A stretch of DNA of 64,000 bases from contig NMRA01000650.1 in NCBI GenBank assembly GCA_002633005.1, positions 119,260-183,259 of the forward strand, given 5' to 3'. Both the position numbers and the translations under genes were made by a program. The stretch is from Phoronis australis. Lineage: Eukaryota > Animalia > Phoronida. Below the pieces are notes generated by a model that was not told the origin of the DNA, did no database searches, and was given only the letters and a program-made list of their open reading frames with translations. Position 1 is the first letter of the stretch. Each line of letters begins with the position of its first letter. Shown here piece by piece: positions 1 through 12,300 of the stretch.

Positions 1-264
1 AAAACCCACTCGAAATGTTTATTGTTAAAAGTTCTCAACAGCTGTGATTCTCTTCAACTCAATGGAGTACATTTAAAACTTGAAGAGTTACGTGTAGCGA
101 CCACTAGCAAGAATAATCATCTTCAAAACATTTTAGTGGCGTGTATTCTGCTCTTCTAGAGTAAACTAACAGGACATCACAGGATTACAACTAAATATAA
201 CCATGTGCAGAATCGGCTAGCTGTATTGTTAACGTAGCTTAAAATTTTGTCTATTTATTCTCAG

Positions 265-376
265 GAAAACGGCGATTGACAAGAAAACTTCATGAACAGC
301 TGCTTCTGGAAGTTGTTGAACGTGTCAATGGCGGTTATTTTGAAAGACTAAAGGGATTGTGTGAAGAATGGATTAA
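265..376 (+). CDS. Exon: DED1 helices 1-2 (KRRLTRKLHEQLLLEVVERVNGGYFERLKGLCEEWI)
   Basis: ttattctcag|GA...ATTAA|gtaaga. 112 nt, same length and phases as its paralog at 22699-22810. The LLLEV...F.RLK.LC pattern resembles the DED N-terminal half of FADD/caspase-8. Confidence 0.8.
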
Positions 377-3300
377 GTAAGAAAAATAACATTACATGTT
401 TATGAATTATTCATATGCTGCTCAGTGACTGCAAATAATCGCCAGCAAAATGATCGCCATTGCACCAATCTTCGTTATAAAGTTATCTAGAGCACTATTT
501 TGGTCGGTCATGAAGTGACAATTTCAAAGTGAAACAAAATGGTTAAGAAGTTGTTGATTCAGTCTAAATAGACAAAGAACTCCACTTCGATCACAAAAGC
601 ATGGAATACGACCACGTTTTTGTCAGAGGCATAAAATAAAATCACTCACCTTTGTTCTAAACGACATGTCCGAAGGTAATTGTGGAATTACTAGCTCTCA
701 GATATTAGCTTTAAAGGGCCACAATCACGAGATGTCGCTTCGAGTTGAGTTACCGAAAAACAAGTATTCATGGCACTACTGGCGCCGTTTAATGTTGAAC
801 GTGTTCCAGGTTTGTGTCGGTTCAGTTTTTCAGGAGCTTTTGGACTGCTGGTATATTTTGCCAAATATCTTCAAAATTGTATTTTTATCTAAATAATTGT
901 GAATCTTTTAAATAGAACAAATCCCGTAGAGATTGAATTGTGACCTAGTACCAAACTGTTGCTAATTGGATCACGAGAACTGTCATTTTAGCAAAAATGA
1001 ACAAAAAATAGAAAGTCACATCTGTAATACCTGTAATACCTGTCACGGACAGGATCATTGGGGATATGCTGGTGCATTATTCCTCTCCCTAGACCATCCC
1101 CGTGACAGCAGAACTCCAGGGCTGACGTCACATCTGTAACAAAACAACAGTGTCAATAACATGACTAAGTTTCCTCTTTACAAATGTTCAACATGAAATC
1201 TAAAAATGACTCACTGTTTTCAAAATTGTACTTTCGTTTTCGCGTCATACAACTTTGGATTTTTTAAGAAGTATAGTAAAAACTTTTTATAACCCCTTAA
1301 GCAAAAGTGAACATTTGCAAAAACCATTCAGAACAGCATTTTGGAGAACCTGCCATAAAAGATAATATGTTTCACAGGAATCCCAACAGTCTAGGATCTA
1401 ATGCTCTAAACTTAATCCCAAATTTGGCCATTTCCGCGGCTCCAACATAACCTTAAGCCACAATGAGCGTTGTAAAACAAAGTTTGTTTTCTCAAAATTT
1501 GGGTCTCATATATTAGCCTTCATGCTTCATGATATTAGAAATATCGTATCTTCACATCTCATTTCATGTCATTTTCCAACATGTTAAATAATTTTCATTA
1601 GGACATCAAAGATATCCCATTAGTTAAGTGCAGTTGTCAATGAAAATACATTTCCATTACAGCTGGAAGTAGTTTATTTTCTTTGAATATTAAATATGCG
1701 TCAAATTATTTGTGAATGTAATTAACACGTAATTAAGTAAGGTTAAGCACCCAATTTGGCGAACGTGTAGACTGGTATTTTTTCAATTGACCGCAAGGGC
1801 TCGCTGGTGATACAGTTTTATAAGGATGTAGCAGTAAAGATTTTTAAATTACCTTGAGGGTGAAGCTGCATCTGCTGCACTTCGTCTCAAATATAATGGT
1901 CAGTGGGTGAAAACTAACATCCCTGACTCCGTTGCACACCGAAGCCACAGGAATGTTTGCAATAAGCTAATGGCCAAGACTGGGCAACTATGGAACATGC
2001 CTAGCGATGTCCAGGTCACAACTTTAAATCATACAAACAATTTCTTCACGGAAATTGGCGATGGATGGCCTACCGCAGAACACAAGAATGAGGTGGTTTG
2101 TTATACGGACGGCTCTAAACTGGAAAATGGCCAGACAGGTGCTGGGGTCTACTTTCCAAGCCTTCCTGTTGCAGATGCAGAAAACTGGGTATCGTTGGGC
2201 AATCTTGCCACGGTGTTTCAGGCTGAGATCACTGCAATTAATAGAGCTGCTCAATTGGCACAACAATATAACACTGAACTTGGCAATCGGCCAATTATCA
2301 TCTTTTCAGATAGCCAGGCAGCAATAAAAGCCCTAAAGAAACTAAGGGTCAACTCTCGTTGTGTTAATGCTTGTATTAATGAGCTTAACAAGCTTGCAAT
2401 TGAAAGAACCGTCAATATACGCTGGGTCAGGGCCCATGTGGGAATTGATGGCAATGAGAATGCAGACAGACTCGCAAAGATAGGAGCAAGCGTTCTGCAT
2501 TTTGTGCCTGAACCTGCTATCCCGGTATCTTACGGATGTTGCAGGATGAGTATACGCAACTGGGTACATACCCAGTCAGCAGCCCAGTGGGCATCACTTA
2601 ACTCCTGCAGAGAAACCAAGGAGAATTTTCCCAACGTGATCGAACCAAAAGGTTCAAAAAGCCTTCTGAGTCTAGATAGATTGGGTATAAGACACGTCAT
2701 TCAAATTTTGACGGGCCACTGCAACCTAGCCCGACACAGACACATTACTGGGCATATGAGGAGCCCTGTGTGTCCCGAGTGTGGTACTGACGTAGAATCT
2801 CCTAAACACCTGGTAGAGTCTTGCCCAGCTTTTTATAGGCTAAGGAGCAACCTACTGGATGGCATTGTTACATGCCTACAACATATAGTGCATGGCAACA
2901 AATGGAAACGTCTGTCCGTTTTCCTAAAGGATACTGGCAGACTTGAAAACTTTCTTCACGAGGAGCCATAATTGGGGTCTCGTGCCTTTGCTCAGGTGTT
3001 TTGTGCAATGGGCCCCAACCATGAGGCCTGCGCACGTCTGATGCACCGCAAATGACATCAGACCACCTGCACTGTATTTTTTTTTTTAAAGATTTTCAAT
3101 AGCTTGTCGACACTTTTAGTTAAATAATTCTGCTCCACATGTTTGTCGAGTTTCTCATCCATGCCAGATCGTGAAAATGTATCAACCAATCAGTCAATAA
3201 TCAATTTTAGTGATCTGTAGCTACCCAGGCACAACTGAGGGTTAAATGTATTTTTCCAAACAAAACGTACAAGATAGGCAACACGTATAATGTACTAACG

Positions 3301-6300
3301 TACTAAACCGCAGATTTAACAAATTTGCATTTTTAATTCAGTTTTTGAAATTTGGAAAATATTTCCTCTGAACTCCCAATTTTGCGGAAGTTTATTGTTT
3401 TACGATGTTGCTTAATCTTTTTTTTTCGTTTTATACGCCCACATGCCTACATAGGTATTTCTTTAAGAATACTTCGCCGTCTCCTCGATTTGTTGAGAGA
3501 GAATTTACGTGCATCTTTTCTAGACCGCCTACTACATATAGTCCCCGTCTTAAACGTTTTTAAGGGTTTTTGGCGTCAGCTTTCTCCCTACCAAGCTATT
3601 TTAAGGATTGAAATATTGACATGAGATTGGCATATTCATATACGTTAAGGAAGATTGTGAACACATGCGTGGTCCTTCTGGGACGCAGACGGCTGACGAT
3701 GATTTTTTCGATGGCTCTTCACAACGGTGGCACCACCGAATGGCAAATTTGTTTTCTCGTTTTCGTCCGTAAGTAATACTTGCTTAGACGGATTGTTATG
3801 AATTTTGGCATATAGTTTGTGCCAAAGCGAATATAGCCATGACTGTGTGTATTATTGACGTATTTTAAGCCATTTAGTGCCAGTGACCATTTTTTGAATT
3901 TAGAAAATGTTTATTGGCGCACGTCTCTGTAAAGTCTCTAGTATATTTAACATTTTGAAAACTGACATATGTATTTCTACCGAGAACACCACAGCTAACG
4001 TTGACTTTCGGAAAGTTTCGACTGCTGTGGCACCTCTTTATGGCGTTTGTTTGTTTTTTCGTCTGTGGTGGTATATGGTCCTAAACGTCATGCAGGATCT
4101 TTAATAAATTTGTCTGAAATGGTTGTTTACATTTCTTAAATCCTTCACGGATTTTCATGAAACATGGTAAATGAATTCTATCCAACATACAATAACAATC
4201 TTTTAAATTGATTCAACAGATTGTGTGTTACCTTTTGGTCATTTCTAATGCAAATAAACTGTTGTGCAATTTCCCTACCTATTGGACTAACCAGTGTAAA
4301 AAAAAATCACTTATGAAAATTAACGGACGTGTTTCTACCTTGACGTGCACTATTGCCGACGGTTACATACTGTTGCGGCTCCATATTTATAACTGTGCTG
4401 TTCAATACTATTTCCCCCGTGGATCATCGTGGAATTGGACACGATTCCAATGTACATGTATCTACCAGAGATATAGTACAAGTGATGTGGACTTTGTGTC
4501 AAATGCGACTCCTGTTCAGTCACCAATTTGCGATTTTGTTTTTCTTTAAATATTGATTGATATTCCACAAATCGGTATGTGACAACGCCAGTCCTCTTTC
4601 TCAGGGATTTGACCAGTGTTGTGTAGTTTGTCGTCTGGCTCAATACTCTTGAACTTTCTTGCCTAGAGTATTATGAAGAAGGGCAGGTGTGCTCCTACCG
4701 AGGAGGGTATTCCTGACTTTGTGTCTATCCCTATCAGATTCTCATCAAGTTAACTAGAGTCACTCTATTCACTGGAAATTTTTAAAATAATGACCATGTC
4801 GGGTATCTGCGCGGTACATGCAATGCTCGCAGGGTGGTGCTCATCAACGCTTCGTGTTTCTCTTGTTTCATTCGGCAATGCCAAGATACGTTTGACGCGC
4901 CACATGCCTTAACCGCGTTTTGGAAGATTGGCCGTTATTTAAACATTCTACTCAAAATCAAATTTACATTTTCCAGTTTTCCTTTTAATGAAATCGAAAT
5001 AGCTGGGCTTTATTCTTCGCTGAATTAATCATAACTTCAACTGGCCCAGTGAGTCGAGCTAAAACATCGAATGAAAATTCTGGATATTAAATTCATGCTC
5101 GAACTTCAAATTGCAACGATAGTCTCATAAAGTATATACTGGGATTGGAAAGTCGACCACTTGAGACATTATGCATTCGAGAATAGAATGCGCATCTTAG
5201 AAATTATATATTCGATTATGGAATGTTGACCACCATAGACATAAGGTATTTGAACATAGAAAGTTGTCCACGATAGTCGCCATGTTTTCGAGCATTGAAT
5301 ATTGTCCACCTTAGACACATATACGAGCACAGTACACTAGACACGCATCTGGCGTTTCACAAAAGTGGAACAGAAAATGCCAAAAATAATTTTGAGTTGA
5401 TATCGATTGAAAAGATTAGACCACGATCCTCTTTACAACCAAGGGTGGCTAAAGCTCCCGTCACACGGGAGGTGCGGTGCCACTGCGGTGTTTGGCATAA
5501 GCCGCAGTTGCACAGACATAATTGTTGTGGTGCTGCAGTGGTTCCGCCATTGGTCACCGTATCACGACGGAAAACTGTCAAAACCGCATTCTTTCGCGGT
5601 GGAACGGCAGAAACTTTGAACATGCTCTGCGGTGGGATCGCCACTACACCGTCATGACCGCCGTGGCACCATACAGGGACCGCAGAAGCACCTCCATCAC
5701 CACCGTGCTTCCTCAGTACAACTGCGTGCAATCAGCTAAAACACAGACTGGCGACACTACGGCGATCTCGTGACGGTTCTACTGCCGTATTACCACTGAA
5801 GCACTGACGGTAAGGGGTTACCGCTGCGGAGTCAGCGAGGAATTTTATAAAGTTTGGCCGTCTAACTGCGGTGCTACTTCGTTCCTACGGCGGTGTTATT
5901 GAGCTGTTGTACGGCAATGACATTTCAACCGAGATTGCACTGAATAATAGGTCCGTTTTTCTTCTTAAATTTCAGTTTTCTAAAAATCTTCAGTTCAGAT
6001 TGACAGTCAGTATTTAAAGGTCAATGGAATGACAGATAACAACAGAATTTGATCGTCATACAGCTGTAGCTGCATCTGCAGCAACACCAGTCAAACGAGA
6101 GCGCTCGGAGGAGCGACCCCCGGCGGAATTAATCGAAAAGACGACGATGGGGAGGACGACGACGATCATGACGATGAAGGCGGCAATTATGAATAACACG
6201 ATAGTATTCATGTGACTAGCGAAGAAATCAAATAGAGAGCATACAATCAACTACAATAAAGAACAATAGATGGCGCAACATGACGGACGAGCCATGCTTT

Positions 6301-9300
6301 GTTCCCACGTTCCAAAATAGGTGGCGCTATGTGACAGTCTGCAGAGTAAAGTTGTGTTTACAATATTTGGCGTGGAATTCCACTCTACAGTAGGACAGTA
6401 CTGGTTGGGTCAGTCGGAGTCAACTAGGCATAACCAAAACAAAGTGAACTGAAAGCCAGCCAGCTTCGTGCTTGCATAGGTGACCGAAGGAACAACAGAT
6501 AATTCAAAAGTAGACGTCGTTGCGCAAAATGGAAAATATCTTCTGGAAGCCCCTTCAAAACTATATCTAAAGCGATTGTTTGGCAAAAATCAATACATTT
6601 TTCGAAAAAAATGAGAATTTGCCGTTTTTTTTTTGAAATTCAAATAACTCGAAAACGGTAAGTCTGAGAAATACGCTCTGGCAGGCTTTTTGAAAGTGCA
6701 TACTTCAAGGAATCCACATGCAAAAATTCACGTCATTTGCTCTTCCCATCAAAAACGCGACCGCAGAACGATTGAAAACCTGTGAACATGCGCCACAGCC
6801 GCCATCGTGAAAGTGACTTCCAGTTAAACAATTTTTTTTAAAAGCTTATTAACAGCAACAAACACGTGACCAGTTTGAAAGTGATTGATTCGCAAATGCG
6901 CCCTCTACAGGAGAAAACGTTTTTGGCCATATTTCGGGGTCGCATGTGCCACTTCCAATATTTCCACCATCTTTAACCGGAAGTCAACCATTTTCTGCAC
7001 ACTTGTACCACATGCCCTGTAGTATAATTTTTCTGATTTTCAGCCATGTACGCCAAAAAATACGGCCTCTACGAGCATTTGACTGTGAAATCGGATACAA
7101 AATGGCCGCCACGTCCGCAATTTCGTATCTGATCATGACCAAAAACAATAGCATTCCAGTACTTCCCGATCTACGCTTCGTGTGCACATTTCCTGAAAAT
7201 CGGACGAAAACTGCGACCTCTAGAGAGCGAACAAAAAAAATCTTGCCGTCAGACCAACATACTTGGCGGAAGACGCTGGGCCAGACCTGAGCTGGGCGAT
7301 GTGAGACGTGAGCATTTTGGCCACTACAACCAGCTTGTGGTCGAGCTCAGTAGAGAGGATTCAGCCTGGTGCCAGAATTGCCTCAGCTAGATTCAGCCCG
7401 GGATGTTTGATGAGCTACTTGCTTATCACGAAGAAGGGCAGCAACTACAAAAAGGCCTTGTACCCAGAGACGAATGTGGCGGCAACTCTTCGCCACCTGG
7501 GCTCTAATCAAGCTCGATTTCCTGATCCCAGCAAACACACTATCTATGATGGTCAAGGAAGTCTGCCAGACCATTGTTGAAGCTTTTAAAGACGAGGTGA
7601 TCCAGTTCACTACGACCCGAGACGAATGTCCTCAGTGACACCGCAGTGGTTCAGCCCTGGATCTTGAGTAGCACCGCGAAAAAAAAANGTCGAGCTCAGT
7701 AGAGAGGATTCAGCCTGGTGCCAGAATTGCCTCAGCTAGATTCAGCCCGGGATGTTTGATGAGCTACTTGCTTATCACGAAGAAGGGCAGCAACTACCAA
7801 AAGGCCTTGTACCCAGGGACGAATGTGGCGGCAACTCTTCGCCACCTGGGCTCTAATCAAGCTCGATTTCCTGATCCCAGCAAACACACTATCTATGATG
7901 GTCAAGGAAGTCTGCCAGACCATTGTTGAAGCTTTTAAAGACGAGGTGATCCAGTTCCCTACGACCCGAGACGAATGTCCTCAGTGACACCGCAGTGGTT
8001 CAGCCCTGGATCTTGAGTAGCACCGCGAAAAAAAAACGCGTGTGACGGCTTGGGGAAAAACTACTGGCGGTGTCACAAAGGTGATGTCAGTTTTGACCAA
8101 AATCCGAAGTGGCGCCGCGCCTCTAGTGTGACGGGGGCTTAAGATCGCTTCAAGCAATGTGTTTTTATCAATAGGTAATGTTAAATCTTACAGAACCTTG
8201 CCCGTGATACTCTTTCTGAGAGTCGTCACATTCCAGAAGGAATCACAGGGGCGTAACTGCTAAAAGTTTTGAGAATCCTCAATGTTTGAATTTGTATTTG
8301 AGAGCTGAGGAATCGTCCTGATTTGTTTCAAGAAGGTTTTTTATTCTCATGTACAACTTTTGCTCAGGCTTATGTAAGCAGGCGTGATTTTAGATTGACG
8401 TGATTGTTACTTTTCAGACCAGCAACACTACAGAATATGACAAACACTCGAGAACTTCTTGAACAGCTTCAGCGGCAAGCGATAATTAATGTTGGAGAAT
8501 ACAGTAAGCTAACCGACATGCTGCACCAGCTCCATCTGGAGGAACTTAAGGATCGAGTGGAAAAACTGTCAAGAGAAATAAAGGCAGCAGGTATGAGAGA
8601 TCAATTTTCTGTGAATATTCAACTGCCACTTGGATATAAGTTGGGCTTTTTGAGTCGCTGTGATTGTCACTGTTGTTTTAGCTTTGTTCTGGAAATGACG
8701 TAATTTTGTATGATAAAGATGCCATCTCTCGTTATAATCGGATTTCTAAGTTTGAAGCAAGCACCAGTTTCTGAAGAACAGTGAGTCCATGTATAATCGG
8801 GAAAAGAAAGAAGTTCCATGTAAGTTGCAAGTTTTAAGGAAACATCGTAGCTGAGACACATAAAACATGTGTGAACGTATAGGAAACCCTTTACCTGTAC
8901 TAGTGATTTCAAATAGTACGCAATCATTATTTGATAATGAAATGAACACTAATAAAAACCTTGTCTTCTTTCATTAGGGCAAGCTTGAAATATTACCATA
9001 CCCATTTACATAAAATTGTTTTACAAAACGAGACTTTTGAGAGCGAAGTTAAATGCGAGTCAAACAACATGTTGCACGGGACGTTATGGACATTAATTTA
9101 TTTCCGAAAGCATTACATATGACATTGGTGTCTGTTCGTCCGCTCTTGGAAATTGAACACGCAGTGTTCAGTAACAGTTTAAGCACACATAGATGTAACT
9201 CGCAAAGTAGATCGCATTAAAACCAAATTACGTGCAAAACGGCAAATGACACTAGATGTTACCTTAATGATGTCTTCAAACTCGCGCAACCCAAAGCACT

Positions 9301-12300
9301 TCCGACAAGTATGACAATATTCACAGGAGTGCCGAATAACCGTGGCTCGGTCTCAGCTACCTTAGGGAACTCGGTCATTTATAAACAAGTTCGCATTCAC
9401 AGAACTCAACGCGAAGGTGAATTGTATTTCTATAAAATGAACAAAGACAAGGCGATTCTCTTCTCGTTAAAGGCAGCCTGTTACCAGGTTTACAGTACCA
9501 TTTCATTTCAAGTTGTTGTGTCTTTAGATTGAGTCAGTTTCAATGGAAACAAACAAACTCGTTATCTAGAAATATAAATGTGTGTGAGAAAACCATGGAC
9601 TTCAAAATGAGGAAGTAGAGTTCTCATTTACTGCAGTTACCTGCAGTGTCTTCTGCCGAACAGTTGATTAAAAACCCGCTGATGTTTTTTGGCATTCATT
9701 ATAATCTGCTTAAAGTTAACAATTCTGGAATTAGAATTACACTGGTTGCAAACAACTTGTCGAACACCCCTAATAAATCCGCTGTGGTTTGGTGCATATC
9801 ACGTGTGTCTGCTGTTTCTTATAATTTGTAAACGTCAACAATAAGCAGACTGTATTGCTGTTTTATGTTGGAATTGATTGGGTCTACTTGTAATACTACT
9901 ATTGTCAATCTAGTGTTGACGATACTTAATAGAGTCTCAGTCAATGGAATTGCTAGTCTTGGCTCGTAAAGAGATGGATTTAACGGTGAATCACGCCTCG
10001 TTGATACATCTATTGCGGACATTATTGTCGTATTACACCACTTGGTGGCGCTCAACAAAGTCTGTTGAAACTGATTCCAGTTTAAAATTCCCATAGTTTA
10101 CGCCTACCGAGGAGCAGCCGGCTTTTCCAAAAAATACGAACAGAATGAGCTGTTTTCACCCCAAACCCACGGTTTCTATGCAATTACTACGAAGTGAAAA
10201 ATGGTGCGTTGAAACTGACAAAATACTTCACATTACAGGAATCAGGTGAGAAGTGAATGTTCACTAGCAACATGTTTTTTTTTTCAAATCCAAAATAGCT
10301 ATTCGGCTTCTGAATTGTCCTCTAAATTTCCCGTTTGCAAGCAGTAAGTGTTTTAGAAAAACCAAGACAGAGCAAAACCTGGGTTAAAAAGTGAAGAGCT
10401 AACAATCGTATACTCAGAACAAGAAAAGGCCAGTCGTAGCCATCACGAGCAACTTAAAATGTCCAGCACAGCCTGCATGCGCAAATTATTATTGAAAATG
10501 GAATTAAACCGTGACTCAATTTGTTGAGGACCAACAGGACCACCTATTACTCGAGCTATACTTCAAATCAAACGGCCGCGCCTTCTATGATGGTGAGAAC
10601 TTATATCAACCTATAGATTTGAATTAAATTAGGAATCGACATCATACTAAATAAAGGAAGGTTCCAGTTGTCACTGGATAATAAATTAGAATCCATACAG
10701 ACCCAAATTTGTTTCTAATATTCTTTGGCTTGTCTGAAATAAAATGCATAGAATCACTGTTTTCACAAAGGGAGAGCTCCTAACAGGCGTGGTCCACGCC
10801 CCTTTAGTTTAAACCTTTCCCTGCCACCTGATATGAAACACGAGCGTACAACTAGGATGAAGATCTATATCTTGTATCACTTTGATTTCTTCGCAGAAGT
10901 CTGAACTTTTAAGTTTGTATTTTGAAAATTACACGATCTTTATAGCATATCGCTTGGCTAAAATCATATTACTTTTTGCTAAATGACCTCTTTACAAAAC
11001 CGCGATTTTACCGATTTTAAAAGGCAGTAAGTGTTTTTTTTTTCTTATTTTCAAGGAAACATAGCTTCACATTTAATTATGTGACAAAATTAGTTCTGTT
11101 TGGGCGAGTCAACTCTTGACAACCTTTGGAACATAAAAAGGTGTTCCAGGATCTCTTTTTTATTTGTGTGCAGTGTTACTTGTAAATATTAAACTATTTT
11201 AAAGGAACTGTTATTACCTAAGCTAAACATAGCAAGTAACTAGAACAATACAAAGAGTTTAATTAACCACTAAATGTAGTTAATCAGCCAAAATCACGCT
11301 TCTAGAAGTGTTTATTTATATCACAGAATGGCTCCCAAGTGACGCAAAATATCTTAAACAGTCTTGGAAATCGGAATGTGTCATCATCTTTCTAATAGAC
11401 AGAGGATTACATCATTCTCCAACACTGCATGAGCAAACATAGAACACCTAATTGCCATTAGGAGACACCTCTATTGCGGACACCCAACCATGTGAATACA
11501 AATGCAAAATTTCACAAGAAGAACATAGTGTGTTTAGTGTTGGTAAGGTAGTAAGTGACTATTTTTGTATGAAATCAAAAGCCTCAAAGTAGCTCGACTT
11601 TGCACAGCACTGAAAAAAATGCCAAATGTGGAAAAAAAACTGTAGGATAGCAACAAAGTGCCACGTGATACCGACGTGTACTTGCTTGGCATTAAATATG
11701 TGTCATACGTAAAACAGTTCCAAACAATGTCACCGGTAGTGTACATGTAGGCGTTACTTCTATTTCGAATGTTAACAGGGCCAGGATTTGGCCCCTATAA
11801 CTGCAAAAAGAGAATGGCTCCTTTGGAAGATAAATTTGTTGAGTACTATAGTAGTCTGTGGTACACTTTTGACCCGGAAATATCTATTTCAACAACTCAC
11901 CCATTCTTAGTGCACGGCAGAAGATGCCATCAACCACTGGGGCTGGTGACAACGGTAACTCCTTGGACTCGAAATTAAGGGTGAAAACCATTCGTAAAAG
12001 CTAGCAGAAAGTTGAAATACCAGCTTGAAATTGGGTCATTTTCACTTGCCAAAATGGAGTTGCTGCACCTTTTTTGGAATATCACTTTTACGAGCCAAAA
12101 TCTGAAAAGACGACAGAAAATACATGCACTGTTTGCGTTCTCTCGAATTTTCCGATCGGATGTTTATCACCCAGCTTTGTACCAATGTACGTGTGGTAGA
12201 ATTGCGCTGCCAGTTCCGGTCGCAGCCATTAAATGCCCCTAGTCGTCATAAATTTCACTTGCATCAGGTTGGCACGCATATACTGAAATACAAAGAGATG

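Larger units (their letters stand above)
5453..8139 (+). mobile_element. Defective PIF/Harbinger DNA transposon
   Basis: Imperfect TIRs AGCTCCCGTCACACGGGAGGTGCGGTGCCACT / AGTGGCGCCGCGCCTCTAGTGTGACGGGGGCT with TAA TSD (5450-5452, 8140-8142). Frameshifted HARBI1-type transposase N-terminus at ~7300-7630 (FGHYNQLVVELSRED...GMFDELL...AATLRHL...NTLSMMVKEVCQTIVE). Confidence 0.88.

Noticed and set aside
1907-2971. Cellular RNase H1 gene
   Set aside because: It has the LINE-type CCHC knuckle, a 5' truncation and a TSD, and it lies intronless inside an intron.
5295-5773. Overlapping GC-rich ORFs on both strands
   Set aside because: They arise from the stop-poor subterminal region of the Harbinger element, with no recognisable protein.
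10239-10245. 7-nt micro-exon (cag|GAATCAG|gtgag) in the DED gene
   Set aside because: It would shift the frame between two phase-1 junctions.
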